From the IMG/VR virus record IMGVR_UViG_3300024346_000047, positions 4,405-68,404 of that record: a stretch of 64,000 nt of DNA, one strand, 5' to 3'. Below are positions 30,963-41,272 of this stretch, piece after piece. The first letter of the stretch is position 1, and each line of letters begins with the position of its first letter. The position numbers and the translations under genes were made by a program. Below the pieces are notes generated by a model that saw only the letters and a list, made by a program, of their open reading frames with translations, was not told the origin of the DNA and searched no databases. This DNA comes from a virus.

Positions 30963-32114
30963 TTATTTGAATAAATGTGTAATCTTCGCTACTTGTCCGT
31001 ACTCTTTAGAATGAATAAACCCCTCGACTGCTTTAGGTGCGTGTTGATATTGATTTCTATGATGCCATGAATCTGTTCCACTAGGCGACCTTAAGTACTC
31101 AACTGTAATGCCTGGGTAATCTGAAGATGTTAAGAATTTATACTTTTTGTTGTGATGTATATGGTGCAAGTAAATGTATCTGTATGTAGCTTTAGACCAA
31201 TCCTCAGACTCTACAGCCATAGTTAAAGGTAATGTATCCATCTTCCCTCCATCACCGTGGCTTGTACCTATTAAAGAGCATCCGTACATAAAATATTTTC
31301 TATGAGCAATACTTACATCCCAAGTTATATTTTTACTTTTTCTAAACCAACAGAAAATAGAGTCAGCCAACATAAATCCTGACATATAATCATGGTTACT
31401 AGGATTGTGAACTATATGAACATCAGCAATCTGCATTAAAGAGCTAATTATTTCAATATACATATCCCTAGCTATGGTATAATTAGAGTGCCACATTCTG
31501 TCTGTGTCCTGCGGAGTACCTGAAGTAGTAGTTGATTTAGTGTTGTCTGTATGAAGAACATCGTTACCTATTACAAATAATATTTTATCGATATTGAATC
31601 CTTTTGATTTATCTAAGATACCTTGTACACCTTCTAATCCTCTTTGTACTGCTATTTCTGTATTGTACTGTTGACCTGATTCTGTTGCTTCTGCTAACTT
31701 ACCTATATGTAAATCTGCTATATCTATTATTAGTAGATGACCTTCTTTGTTGTCCTTTCGTTTTATTTTACTAAATGTGGGACTATGCTTTTTTAGTTTA
31801 CTAACGAATGAATCTCTCATATCGTCAAAACTAACTACTGTTTGTTTATTATTAATCTTTACTGAAACTTCCGAGCTTTTAATCCAAGCTGTAGACCAAG
31901 GCTGATCTTCGGGTACATTGAAATCCTTTAAAGTGTCTTCCACTATTGTGTTACCATTAAAAGGAGTGCCGTACTCTTGGAACTTTCTTCTAATATATCG
32001 AGAAGCAAATTCTACTCCTTTTTCTTTTTTAAGCCATTTTTGAATTTTAATTGAGTTATAACCTTGATTCTTTAGTTCTAGTAATTCAGGGTAGTAGTCT
32101 TTGAATACAGCCAT
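30963..32114 (-). CDS. Calcineurin-like metallophosphoesterase with N-terminal HTH-like segment
   Basis: DLHIG, GND..H.D, SNHD, HGD, HIHH motifs. Confidence 0.8.
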   Translation of the reverse strand: MAVFKDYYPELLELKNQGYNSIKIQKWLKKEKGVEFASRYIRRKFQEYGTPFNGNTIVEDTLKDFNVPEDQPWSTAWIKSSEVSVKINNKQTVVSFDDMRDSFVSKLKKHSPTFSKIKRKDNKEGHLLIIDIADLHIGKLAEATESGQQYNTEIAVQRGLEGVQGILDKSKGFNIDKILFVIGNDVLHTDNTKSTTTSGTPQDTDRMWHSNYTIARDMYIEIISSLMQIADVHIVHNPSNHDYMSGFMLADSIFCWFRKSKNITWDVSIAHRKYFMYGCSLIGTSHGDGGKMDTLPLTMAVESEDWSKATYRYIYLHHIHHNKKYKFLTSSDYPGITVEYLRSPSGTDSWHHRNQYQHAPKAVEGFIHSKEYGQVAKITHLFK

Positions 32115-32190
32115 TTAAGCTTATAGTTTTAGTTTTCTACACTAATATAACAATAAATGTGCAACCCTATAAAAGATTGCACATTTTGTA

Positions 32191-33453
32191 TTATTTATAA
32201 TTCTTAATATTAACTCTAAACGTACTTTTATATTCTTCTTTTTTAGCGTCCCAGAATTTTTTACTTAAGACTCTACCATTACTACCTTCATCTCCAAACT
32301 CTATCGTTGAGTCGTATCTAGTAGAAGATAGTAGCTTGTTTTTAATACCATCTTGCTCTGCTTTAAGATCTTTTATAGTATCATTGATAACTTTGTATCT
32401 AACAGCTTTATCCCATTCATCTTGAGTACCTAACCTAGAAGCATCTTCTAAAGTCTCTTTATATCTAGATGTATACCATTCTTTATAAGATTCATTTGCT
32501 GAAGGTTCAGGTTCTAATTCGTAAATCTTACGATCGAGTTCTGAAATTAATAGTTTTAAATCTTCTCCTTGGTCTGAATTTTGTTGAGCTGATGACATTG
32601 AAGCTAATTTATCTTCTAATGGTTTTAACTCAGCGTAAATAGGTCGAGCCTCTTGTACACGTTTCCAAAAATCATAAGACTTAACAATTAAATCTTGACA
32701 AATATCAAAGTCCATTTCAAAAGGAGTAACCTTAGAATCAAACCCTCCCGTTAAACTAGCAATTTCCGCATAAGTAGTATTTGTAACTAGCATTTGTTGA
32801 TGAAGCTGAAATACGTATCTGACTGGTATACCTCCGTTATATTTCTGAGCAGCAAAATAACTTATGTTCTTAACTTCTATGGAAAAGTCAAAGTTTATAA
32901 CTTCTCCTGTAAAGGGGCTTTTCTGACCTCCTAAGGCAAGATAATCTAAAGAAGCTGATAAGTGTGGATAATCTAAATTAATTGCGTAACAAGGTATCTC
33001 TGCCTTTTGTCTTACTTTCTTACCTGAAGACCAAATCTCTGCCCATCCATCATCTGTACCATCGTTAAAATCCCATAAGTCAGCGATACCAGATTCAAAG
33101 TGAGAGCCTGCTGTCATAAACTTGGAATATACTTTAGGTGTACTCATTCCTATTTTTTCCCAAAACATCTTAACAGGGTCTCCATATTCATCATGGTCTG
33201 TTAATGTAGCTATACTGGAAGCTCCTATTGTATAATATCTAAATGTATACCAATCTTCATTATTAGCTCCTGATTTTGTAAACTGAGGAATAAAGAATCC
33301 CCATACGCCTTCCTTAATAGGTTTAGCATATTTTTTGTATTCTTCTAAATGTGCGATTTCTGGTGGTAACTCGTAAGTTCCAATATCTTTTTTATTAAGA
33401 TCGAAATCTAATGGTTTTAGCTTCTTCATAATATTGTTAAAAAATAGGGGCAT
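32191..33453 (-). CDS. YqaJ/lambda-exonuclease-like recombination nuclease
   Basis: W..FR..TIGASS, G..FE, SASLD, EVKN, Y..QLHQQM motifs; true start probably the second Met (MKKLK). Confidence 0.8.
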   Translation of the reverse strand: MPLFFNNIMKKLKPLDFDLNKKDIGTYELPPEIAHLEEYKKYAKPIKEGVWGFFIPQFTKSGANNEDWYTFRYYTIGASSIATLTDHDEYGDPVKMFWEKIGMSTPKVYSKFMTAGSHFESGIADLWDFNDGTDDGWAEIWSSGKKVRQKAEIPCYAINLDYPHLSASLDYLALGGQKSPFTGEVINFDFSIEVKNISYFAAQKYNGGIPVRYVFQLHQQMLVTNTTYAEIASLTGGFDSKVTPFEMDFDICQDLIVKSYDFWKRVQEARPIYAELKPLEDKLASMSSAQQNSDQGEDLKLLISELDRKIYELEPEPSANESYKEWYTSRYKETLEDASRLGTQDEWDKAVRYKVINDTIKDLKAEQDGIKNKLLSSTRYDSTIEFGDEGSNGRVLSKKFWDAKKEEYKSTFRVNIKNYK

Positions 33454-33503
33454 CGACCACCTCCCCTGTGTATAATAAAAAGTCTTCTTTAATTGTAATT
33501 TAT

Positions 33504-34163
33504 TTAAAAAGGCAAATCGTCCTCTTCTTCTTCTTCTTCTTGAGAAGCTACTACTGGTGCAACAAAAGGCTCAGGAGTATAAGTTCCTTCCATTTGTGCG
33601 TCCATACTTTCAGCTACACCACCATCTAATACGTTGGTAGATAGAGGTTTTAAACTAGCGCACATTTCCATCAACTTAACATTTAAGTCAAAGAAATCTC
33701 TTTCAATTGTACCATTCTTCTTTTTAGTAACTTCAATAAGCTCTTTCTGCTCATCCATACTTAAAGCCCATCTAGGTTTCTTATCTCCGTTTACATCTAA
33801 GTAAACAGCAGGATAATCTTTCCCCTCGTAAGTTCTAGTAGCTAAAGAAATACTAATCATACCTAATTCAGGTACAGAACATAATGTGTTCATAATACTT
33901 CTACAAGTCATACTTAAAGAAGATTCAATCACATAGTCTACTCCTTGATCAGCAATAGTTAGATTCATTCTTTTAGTAGTAACACCATCATAAGTGTTGT
34001 CTTGAAAAGAAATAGATTTGAAGTACCCACTTACAAATGTTTCTTCTTGTGTGCAAACGTACTTACCTGTACTTGCATCTTTCGTGTAAATTTTAAACAC
34101 TGGTTTATCCTTAGTGTTTAATTTTAAATACGTCCTTGGATTGTTATCTCTTCCTAGTCCCAT
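33504..34163 (-). CDS. Single-stranded DNA-binding protein (putative)
   Basis: Acidic tail ending EEDDLPF; between nuclease and primase-helicase. Confidence 0.65.
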   Translation of the reverse strand: MGLGRDNNPRTYLKLNTKDKPVFKIYTKDASTGKYVCTQEETFVSGYFKSISFQDNTYDGVTTKRMNLTIADQGVDYVIESSLSMTCRSIMNTLCSVPELGMISISLATRTYEGKDYPAVYLDVNGDKKPRWALSMDEQKELIEVTKKKNGTIERDFFDLNVKLMEMCASLKPLSTNVLDGGVAESMDAQMEGTYTPEPFVAPVVASQEEEEEEDDLPF

Positions 34164-34191
34164 AATATATAATTGTTTATTGATTACTTAA

Positions 34192-36291
34192 TTAAAATGG
34201 AGGTGCGTCTTCAGTGCTTTCTTCTTCTAAATGTGCGTCCTCCTCTGTTGTTCTTGATCTTTTAAAAACTGAGCCTTTATTAAAGTCATGATACTCTTGA
34301 GATGAATTATTATCCTCTGGTTCTTCGTTGTTATCTTCGTAAACTTGTTCTTGGATTGTTGGTTCAATTACTTCTATAGATTGCTCACCTAAGATAGTCT
34401 TTTTGAACCATCCTCGCAAGGGAGATTCGTTTTTTGAGTCATAAAAACTAAAGAAATCTCTATATTTCCCTCTACCCATGTTTAAGAGTACAGGATTAGC
34501 TAAAGTTGTTTCCATTCCCCCAGTGTGTTTAGATTTAACTTTTTTAACTGCTATCTGAGTTTGGTTTCTTAATTCTTCTACAAACTTATATCTGTGTACT
34601 AATAGTAAATGTGTCGCTTTGTTCTCCCAAACTACTCCATCTGCTAAATCTGCTGCATTTAAAGGAGCTGGATTATCTTTTAAATCTCCTGACTGATGAA
34701 CTCTCCTAGCTGACTCCGTATTAGAGTGCATACCAACGTAAAGAGACATATCTTTAGCTTTACACCATTTTTGTAATCTAGTCGTCACCTGAAGCGTATA
34801 TTGGTAAGTATTAAGCTTACGATCTACTTCTGTATAGTCTAGTTTTAAAGCATTCCATGGGTCTATAAAAAGTATATCAAACTTACCTTTTTGCTTCTCT
34901 ATTTTATCAGCCATATTAATAACATCTAAATACGACAGCATATCTTCAGTCTCTATAAAGGCAAATTGCTTATCTAGGTAAGCTAAACCTAAATCTCTGT
35001 GTGCTTTAGGTATGTCTTTTACTCTCTCTCCGTATAAAAACTCAAGTATAAAAACTTTTAATTCCCAAGCTGGGTTTTCAGTAGAATATATTATTACTTT
35101 TTTACCATGCAATGCGTTAGCTAGTGCAAACAAAAAACAAGCAATAGTTGTCTTACCTAAACCTGCTGTTCCTCCTATAATATCAAAAGCTTGAGGTTTA
35201 AATCTATAATGGTTATCTAAGTCATCATATCCCGTTGATAAACCCATAGGTATTTTACCCGTTGCAAAATCATCAATAAAAGAGTTAACGTCTGATCCTA
35301 CTAAAAACTCATGTGTATCATTAAACTCTACGGGTTCATCTACTCTTTTAAATTTAGACTCTGGTTTTCTACCGTAATTTAATTCTGAAAGCTCTCTAGC
35401 TGCTTGCTTAAAATCTCCACCACATTCTAATATTGTGTAGATAGAAAAAGGATTGTAAGATTTATCTGAGTCAAAAATACTTGATGTACTAAACACTCTC
35501 AATAAATTATACTTAGTATCAAAGTTACCTGAAACAGGAGATTTACTTCCTGGTCTTTTAACTGGGTACTTACTTCCTTGTTGTGTTTTTATAGTCCACC
35601 CATGTTTAGTCATTACCGACTGCCAATCCCCCCTAGAATTAAAATCCTCCCAAGGTGTTAATCCTGAAGAAGCATAAGAAACTTGAGGGTTTTCCATAAA
35701 AACAGGAGGCATAGTATCATCAAACATTCTACAGCAAGAAAATATAGTATCTCTTTCTGCTTTTGTAATAGTAGGTATTTCAGATAATGATCCTTGTATT
35801 ATATTATACCCCTCAGTTGGTACTGTTACGATATACCCAGACTCTCCTCTAGTTTCTAGTAATACAACTTTCTTCTCTCCTTCTTTTTGTTCCTTTTTAG
35901 TAGCATCTCTAGAGGCTAGTTTTACATTACCACATATCTTCTCACATTTATAAATAAGATGATATCCTCCGTTTATAGTTTCTGCTACCGTAAGTTTTTT
36001 ATATAAACCTTTAGAGAATAATTCCATCTTAGATTTAAGCTGATCTATTAGATGACCTTCTTCTTCTATGTATATCTCATTCTTTTGATCTACGTCTATA
36101 ACTTCTAAGTTTCCACTAACTTCTCCGCATACTAATCCTAAAGATTCGAATAGATGTGCATTCTCCTCTATATTTATAAAGTCTTTTTGATATCTCTTCC
36201 AAGAGTTAATATTAGGTCGTTTATCTTTTTTAAGGGGAACAATAGAAAGTTTTTTAGCTATAAATCCTTTAAGTATTTTTTTATCTATCAT
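34192..36291 (-). CDS. Bifunctional Prim-Pol domain fused to DnaB-like (SF4) helicase
   Basis: N-terminal VPL..DKRP..SW..YQ, VIDVD, TINGGYHL, ETRGESGY; C-terminal STGY..LD, GTAGLGKT, IDP. Confidence 0.85.
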   Translation of the reverse strand: MIDKKILKGFIAKKLSIVPLKKDKRPNINSWKRYQKDFINIEENAHLFESLGLVCGEVSGNLEVIDVDQKNEIYIEEEGHLIDQLKSKMELFSKGLYKKLTVAETINGGYHLIYKCEKICGNVKLASRDATKKEQKEGEKKVVLLETRGESGYIVTVPTEGYNIIQGSLSEIPTITKAERDTIFSCCRMFDDTMPPVFMENPQVSYASSGLTPWEDFNSRGDWQSVMTKHGWTIKTQQGSKYPVKRPGSKSPVSGNFDTKYNLLRVFSTSSIFDSDKSYNPFSIYTILECGGDFKQAARELSELNYGRKPESKFKRVDEPVEFNDTHEFLVGSDVNSFIDDFATGKIPMGLSTGYDDLDNHYRFKPQAFDIIGGTAGLGKTTIACFLFALANALHGKKVIIYSTENPAWELKVFILEFLYGERVKDIPKAHRDLGLAYLDKQFAFIETEDMLSYLDVINMADKIEKQKGKFDILFIDPWNALKLDYTEVDRKLNTYQYTLQVTTRLQKWCKAKDMSLYVGMHSNTESARRVHQSGDLKDNPAPLNAADLADGVVWENKATHLLLVHRYKFVEELRNQTQIAVKKVKSKHTGGMETTLANPVLLNMGRGKYRDFFSFYDSKNESPLRGWFKKTILGEQSIEVIEPTIQEQVYEDNNEEPEDNNSSQEYHDFNKGSVFKRSRTTEEDAHLEEESTEDAPPF

Positions 36292-36388
36292 ATTTTCTAA
36301 TTGTGCAATGATTAAAAAAGAGGCAATCTTAAGATTAACCTCCTTTAGTATTCTCCGACTGCTAATCTAAATCAAATAATTGTATATA

Positions 36389-36396
36389 CAAAGATA
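36389..36396 (-). promoter_or_regulatory. Bacteroidota-type -7 promoter element (TATCTTTG) upstream of primase-helicase
   Basis: Matches TAnnTTTG consensus about 100 nt upstream of the ATG. Confidence 0.5.
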
Positions 36397-36404
36397 AATT
36401 AGAA

Positions 36405-36710
36405 TTAAAATAATTTATCTGCTTCTTTTTTTAAAAAATCTAGTTCTGATACATCGATTTCTTCTTCCTTATTTAATTTATCTACCAACCCTGTCATCAG
36501 GGCGCACATTTTTATATACTCAATAGAAAGGGTTCTTACTTCCTCTACGTATCTTAATCTAAACTCTGCGTTGGTTTTATACTTCTTGTATTCTGTAGGG
36601 TCTGTAGGAGTAAATGTGCTATTCTCTACAACTCCTAAAGTTTTAAGCTTTTTCTCTGTTTGGTCTACCAGGTAGTCAGATCCTTTCTTAATCTTTTTTA
36701 ACGTGTTCAT
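36405..36710 (-). CDS. Hypothetical protein
   Basis: 101 aa ORF. Confidence 0.55.
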   Translation of the reverse strand: MNTLKKIKKGSDYLVDQTEKKLKTLGVVENSTFTPTDPTEYKKYKTNAEFRLRYVEEVRTLSIEYIKMCALMTGLVDKLNKEEEIDVSELDFLKKEADKLF

Positions 36711-36737
36711 ATTTTATATTCGTTAAGTTGTGTTAAA

Positions 36738-36813
36738 TTTCTAACAGTATTGTAACTGCCATTCTCGTACCTCGAACGTGCGCACAAGCGCAGTTACAAG
36801 GGTGTTATAGCCA
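36738..36813. mobile_element. attC-like hairpin site A1 (73 bp identical to 42986-43058)
   Basis: ctaac-agta-ttgtaactgc...gcagttacaa-gggt-gttatag imperfect palindrome. Confidence 0.8.
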
Positions 36814-36814
36814 A

Positions 36815-37135
36815 TTAGCCTTGTTCGTAATCGCAACTTGTGAACTCATCTAAAATGGTATCATAAATAATTACATAATCAGCAGTAGTACTTCGGTTGC
36901 AACTTTCGTTTGCATCATTAAAATCGTAACCAAAAAAGAAAACTATTTTTTTAGTATCATAATCACATTCTTCAGGCATTATTTCAAAGTCCTTGTGTGC
37001 GTGTTGTTTAAATTGCAATATTCTTTCAAAGTGGTCTGCTTGTATTCTTTCTGCAATTAATATTTCTTCTTGTTCATTGTATAGGTCTAAAAATAGTTTC
37101 CCAAAATCAATGTAATTATTTATTTGTGCTTCCAT
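36815..37135 (-). CDS. Cassette-borne acidic hypothetical protein
   Basis: 106 aa; flanked by complementary boxes gttatagcca (36804) and tggctataac (37161). Confidence 0.7.
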   Translation of the reverse strand: MEAQINNYIDFGKLFLDLYNEQEEILIAERIQADHFERILQFKQHAHKDFEIMPEECDYDTKKIVFFFGYDFNDANESCNRSTTADYVIIYDTILDEFTSCDYEQG

Positions 37136-37160
37136 AATGGTCTGCGTTTATTTAAATAAC

Positions 37161-37260
37161 TGGCTATAACAACGTGTATAGTTAAAAAGCCAATTAAGGT
37201 TAGTAATTATTTTAAAGTTGGTTGCTATGGCTTTCAAACCATACACAAACCGTTATAAAT
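37161..37260. mobile_element. attC-like site A2
   Basis: taac-aac-gtgtat..aaagcca...tggcttt..atacac-aaacc-gtta. Confidence 0.8.
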
Positions 37261-37405
37261 CATTTAAAATTTGTTTAGTAGTTGGCTTTTTCTGCTTTGA
37301 ACAGTACTCCCTCTTATTACATACTGGGCACTTTTTTCCACCTTCAGCGATTTCGCAATCACAAGTAGTACACCAGTGTTGCTTGCGTTTATACTTCCCT
37401 TTCAT
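37253..37405 (-). CDS. Cassette-borne 50-aa Zn-ribbon protein (not in ORF track)
   Basis: MKGKYKRKQHWCTTCDCEIAEGGKKCPVCNKREYC...; stop TAA lies inside the TAAC box. Confidence 0.7.
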   Translation of the reverse strand: MKGKYKRKQHWCTTCDCEIAEGGKKCPVCNKREYCSKQKKPTTKQILNDL

Positions 37406-37423
37406 CTATTCAAATTTTAAACA

Positions 37424-37481
37424 ATTCATAACATCAATTTAAAAACAATTAAAACAGTTTTAACTTGTAGCATTAGCATTA
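37424..37481. mobile_element. Short degenerate attC-like site A3
   Basis: attcataac...taaaaac..gtttta...cattagcatta (GTTA box reads ATTA). Confidence 0.6.
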
Positions 37482-37484
37482 ATA

Positions 37485-37703
37485 CTAAACTTTTATTTTA
37501 AATAAATACTCTTGGGTATCATCCTTAAATATTTTCAATGTATATCCTCCTATTTTTATCTCTTTGGAAAAGTCACTCTCTTTGGATACATAAAAAGTAT
37601 CGGTAATAAGTAGGTATAAATCTTTTCCTACAAAAACTTCTGCTTTTTTCTTATACTTTATCTTGTCTAATTCTTTTACAATAGATATTAATATCTCCTT
37701 CAT
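37485..37703 (-). CDS. Cassette-borne hypothetical protein
   Basis: 72 aa; boxes attagcatta (37472) / taatgctaac (37736). Confidence 0.6.
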   Translation of the reverse strand: MKEILISIVKELDKIKYKKKAEVFVGKDLYLLITDTFYVSKESDFSKEIKIGGYTLKIFKDDTQEYLFKIKV

Positions 37704-37735
37704 TCTGTTTAGTTTTATTCATTAACAATCCGTAC

Positions 37736-37792
37736 TAATGCTAACTAGTATTAATAACAACTAACGCAGTTATTACACTTATCATTATAAAC
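37736..37792. mobile_element. Short degenerate attC-like site A4
   Basis: taatgctaac..aataac...gttatt..cattataaac. Confidence 0.6.
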
Positions 37793-37804
37793 AATTAAAT
37801 ATTA

Positions 37805-37984
37805 TTACGCTTTTCTGCATTTTGAGCAATTACATATAAACTTTCTAAATCTACCGCAACCCTTTGCGTATATATACCCTTCTTTTATTAACTCATCATA
37901 ATCCCCGTTAACCTTCCATTTTTCAAGTGTTTTAGGGTTGGTTATACGTAAAGTAACCACACAAGGCTTTTCCCATTGTTCCAT
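37805..37984 (-). CDS. 59-aa Cys-rich hypothetical protein (not in ORF track)
   Basis: MEQWEKPCVVTLRI...CNCSKCRKA. Confidence 0.55.
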   Translation of the reverse strand: MEQWEKPCVVTLRITNPKTLEKWKVNGDYDELIKEGYIYAKGCGRFRKFICNCSKCRKA

Positions 37985-37993
37985 AATATTTAA

Positions 37994-38176
37994 CTACTTA
38001 TAACAGGATATTATTTTATGAATAACAAACCCCTTCTCTGATTGTTTTTTGCGAAACTTACTATAAGCAGCCTCCTTTGTTCCTGCTTTTATCTTGTCTT
38101 TAAGCGTGTAGATTAAATACGGTACAGTTTGATTAGTTTTATCTTTAACAGATGCTTTAAATATAAATTCATACAT
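37994..38176 (-). CDS. Hypothetical protein
   Basis: 60 aa ORF. Confidence 0.5.
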   Translation of the reverse strand: MYEFIFKASVKDKTNQTVPYLIYTLKDKIKAGTKEAAYSKFRKKQSEKGFVIHKIISCYK

Positions 38177-38206
38177 ATTCTAAAAGTTTATAACACAGTA
38201 TAAAAA

Positions 38207-38452
38207 CTATTGTATTTGCTTTTTACAATCCATACATTTATTATAGTCTAATTCTATTCTTGCTCTTTCGTGTCTTAATAGTTCACAATCACATTTTATA
38301 ATATCATCTGAAACAACATTATTTTTAACGTGTTCAACAACTATATCAATCGCAACACCTATATCTCTAGGTTTTAACATTGGTTCTGAGTCTTCTCCTC
38401 TTCTCCATCTGTTGTGAGTTTCTAATATTCCGATTGCTTGTTTTATGTCCAT
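38207..38452 (-). CDS. Hypothetical protein reading through an attC-like remnant
   Basis: HNRWRRG motif common in phage small proteins; NNVVSDDIIKC is the translation of a half-site. Confidence 0.6.
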   Translation of the reverse strand: MDIKQAIGILETHNRWRRGEDSEPMLKPRDIGVAIDIVVEHVKNNVVSDDIIKCDCELLRHERARIELDYNKCMDCKKQIQ

Positions 38453-38458
38453 AATTAA

Positions 38459-39094
38459 TTACTTACCTAAAACTTGTTTATTGATAAACTCTTTTAGTTC
38501 TGATGTCGCACAATTAGTCATAAAATCTGCTAAGTCAGGATACTTACCTTCAGGATCGTAATTCTTAAGCTTACCTACAAGAGTAATCCTAGTAACACCC
38601 ATCTTTTTTAAAGACTCAGACATTTTCTTTAATCCGTCAACACTTCTATCGTCAGTTATAAAGTCTAAACTAATAGACTTTACTCCTTTCTTAGCTTTAG
38701 CTACAGTGTTAGCTCCTTTCTCTATGATTTCTTTCTTCTCTACTACTTTCTTTTTAGATTTAGCGTTAATTACTTCCTCTTCGGATGCAAAGTTATTGGT
38801 GTTAGACACTCCTAGAGATTTTAATGCTCTACCTATAGACGAGGTTTCAGCGTTTTCTAACCAACTTGTTCCGTTTATAGTACCAAAACCTTCTCGTTCA
38901 CTTGCGTGACCTGTAGCTACTGTTAAACCCTCTTGGTTTATTATTCTACACATAAAGTCTGCCTGGTATTTCTTCTCAGGGGTAAGTGTGTGAGATAATA
39001 ACTCTGTAATTATACTGTGATTTGGGTAGTCTCTTTTGAATATAATAATTCTTTCTGCTACTGTGTCGTAGTCTTTTAGTCCTTCTTTTTTCAT
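38459..39094 (-). CDS. Putative single-strand annealing protein (Sak/ERF-like)
   Basis: Y.TVAERI..F...YP, ATGHASE, ENAETSSIGRAL motifs. Confidence 0.55.
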   Translation of the reverse strand: MKKEGLKDYDTVAERIIIFKRDYPNHSIITELLSHTLTPEKKYQADFMCRIINQEGLTVATGHASEREGFGTINGTSWLENAETSSIGRALKSLGVSNTNNFASEEEVINAKSKKKVVEKKEIIEKGANTVAKAKKGVKSISLDFITDDRSVDGLKKMSESLKKMGVTRITLVGKLKNYDPEGKYPDLADFMTNCATSELKEFINKQVLGK

Positions 39095-39115
39095 TATTTA
39101 TGTTTAAATGTATTA

Positions 39116-39355
39116 TTAAAAATTATCCCAACACCAAATTGGCGTTTTATCACCAACATACGAACCGCTTACGTTATATGTAAAATGCTCCATAGAGTCT
39201 GTGTAACTCATTTCTAACATAAGAATATCTAAGCATTTAGAAACAGAGTATATTAACCTCATTTCTGTTTCGTCTACACCTATTATCGCATCGTCAAACC
39301 CATCAGCTTTTAAGAACTGTTCTTCATGGTAATGTTCGATTATATCGTTTATCAT
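39116..39355 (-). CDS. Conserved phage hypothetical protein
   Basis: ADGFDDAIIG...YNVSGSYVGDKTP motif. Confidence 0.65.
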   Translation of the reverse strand: MINDIIEHYHEEQFLKADGFDDAIIGVDETEMRLIYSVSKCLDILMLEMSYTDSMEHFTYNVSGSYVGDKTPIWCWDNF

Positions 39356-39441
39356 TTAGTTTATTTACCTTTTAAATATATAGTATACAGTATTTCTGTA
39401 ATCACCCATGTTACAAATATTAAAACAACAACATCCATAAG

Positions 39442-39579
39442 TTATATACGGTATTTTTCTTTAACTGAAATTCTTATTAATTCTGAAACTGAAACTGATT
39501 TTTTAGCAGCAATAATTTTTAGTTTATTAATAATTTCTTTTTCTACTCTGAATAAATATCTGGTATCTTTCTTAGCCAT
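39442..39579 (-). CDS. Ribbon-helix-helix (Arc/CopG-like) DNA-binding protein
   Basis: YLFRV....INKLKIIAAKKSVSVSELIR; start re-assigned to MAKK. Confidence 0.7.
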   Translation of the reverse strand: MAKKDTRYLFRVEKEIINKLKIIAAKKSVSVSELIRISVKEKYRI

Positions 39580-39937
39580 TTTGTAATTTTTTAACTTGTT
39601 CAGGAGTTGCCCTGTAAACATCTCCACTTTTTAGTTGTTTAATAAATGACCTTAAATCTAAAAGATCTTGTATTTCTAATGATGCCATTTCCGAGAATAT
39701 ATCTTGATATACTTCTTGGATTCCAACAATTAAGTTTATGTCAGATTCTTTTTTACATAACTCATCCTCTACAGGAACTACTTTTTTCTCTAAAGCTTCA
39801 AAGAATCTATTGCCATGGAATTTAATTTCTTTAGACCATAAGGCTGTGTCTTTTAAATCTTCTACGTTTTCTAGTAATATTATACCATTACACATAAAAG
39901 ATGTAGCTAACGACTTGTAATTATCTATTTTATTCAT
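39572..39937 (-). CDS. Hypothetical protein
   Basis: 121 aa ORF. Confidence 0.55.
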   Translation of the reverse strand: MNKIDNYKSLATSFMCNGIILLENVEDLKDTALWSKEIKFHGNRFFEALEKKVVPVEDELCKKESDINLIVGIQEVYQDIFSEMASLEIQDLLDLRSFIKQLKSGDVYRATPEQVKKLQNG

Positions 39938-39954
39938 TTCTTTAAAATTAAGAA

Positions 39955-40122
39955 TTAATAACTACTACCATACCTATTCATACCGCCTAAATTAGGTGAT
40001 GAAATTTTGTTTTCCATGACTGTACCGCATTTTGGACACTTCACTTCCGCTTGGTAGTTCTTTACTAATACGTCTTTTAATTCTTCTTTACATTTTGGGC
40101 ATTTTTTATCAAAAAAAGGCAT
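39955..40122 (-). CDS. FmdB-like Zn-ribbon protein, 55 aa (not in ORF track)
   Basis: MPFFDKKCPKC...VKCPKCG. Confidence 0.7.
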   Translation of the reverse strand: MPFFDKKCPKCKEELKDVLVKNYQAEVKCPKCGTVMENKISSPNLGGMNRYGSSY

Positions 40123-40125
40123 TGG

Positions 40126-40730
40126 CTATAAGTATTTAATGTTAATAATAATATCATGAGGAGCGAAATCTTTACCTCCAAAATAAGGAAATAAATTCAC
40201 CCCAAAAAGGTATTTCTTTTCTGTAGTTAACTTTATAGATGACCTCACATTTATGTTAATAGACTGTATGTGGGATACGCTTCTTTTGCCTTTCTCGTAT
40301 TCATAAAGAAATAAATCAATCTTATCAGAATAAGGATTATACTTCCAACCTATACGAGAACTGTTATAATGTATAAAAATAGAGCCGAAACCAAATAATT
40401 TATTAATTTGTTCTGACAATTGAATACCACCATTGTATCTACAGCTATCATTAAATAAAACAGAAACTTTTTGTTCTTTTTTATTTATGAAAAACTTTAA
40501 TCTATAACCCGAATAGTGATTACCTTTTTTAATTTTAAAATCTCCTGATCTTAATTTAAACATCCAAAACAAAAAAGGAGATAAAATCATTACTAATACC
40601 GCAATAGAGAAAAACAATACAAAATACCATATTGTTATTTCTTCAAGTATTTCTGACGGTTTAATATAAGACAAAATTATAAACCCCATACCTATTGCTA
40701 TTAAGGAGTATATTGCTATTGTTTTTTTCA
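40126..40730 (-). CDS. Membrane-anchored hypothetical protein
   Basis: Two N-terminal TM segments from MKKTIAIY; soluble beta domain (NKLFG...H.NS.R.GW). Confidence 0.55.
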
Positions 40731-40925
40731 TATTTATTTTTTTTAGTAAATACAAACTTAAATATAATATTTGTATTGACAAAGTGTTAATTATAATCTT
40801 CCATGTCATCTATTAGTTCATTTACTAAGATATCAAGCATAACCTCAATATTTACTGAATTAAAGCCGAATGATTCTCCATCGTAAAAAACTTCAAAAGT
40901 GACATAATTATTACCTAGTTCAAAT

Positions 40926-41270
40926 TTAGATCTTTCTTCCATTTATAGAATTTCCTTTTAATTTACGGATATTTTTGTTTACATTTTTAAGTTTTAACAA
41001 ATTATCGTCTGTTGGATTTTCTAAATGTACTGAACTATACTCTTCTAGTTTTTGTTTTAATTGTCTCATTTGCTCCTCCCTAGTTATAACGCAATTAAGA
41101 TAGTCTCTTATCGCTTTTAAAGAACCTACTCCTGATAAAGAGAACTTCTTACCAGGAATAAGTCCTCTTCTGTCATAAGACTCCCCTATTAAGAAAGTAA
41201 TTATATCGTAAGATTCGTTACAAGTTATAACTGCGTTTCCTTCTTCATCTAATATAAGTGTCCTATCCAT
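40926..41270 (-). CDS. Hypothetical protein
   Basis: 114 aa ORF. Confidence 0.5.
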   Translation of the reverse strand: MDRTLILDEEGNAVITCNESYDIITFLIGESYDRRGLIPGKKFSLSGVGSLKAIRDYLNCVITREEQMRQLKQKLEEYSSVHLENPTDDNLLKLKNVNKNIRKLKGNSINGRKI

Positions 41271-41272
41271 AG

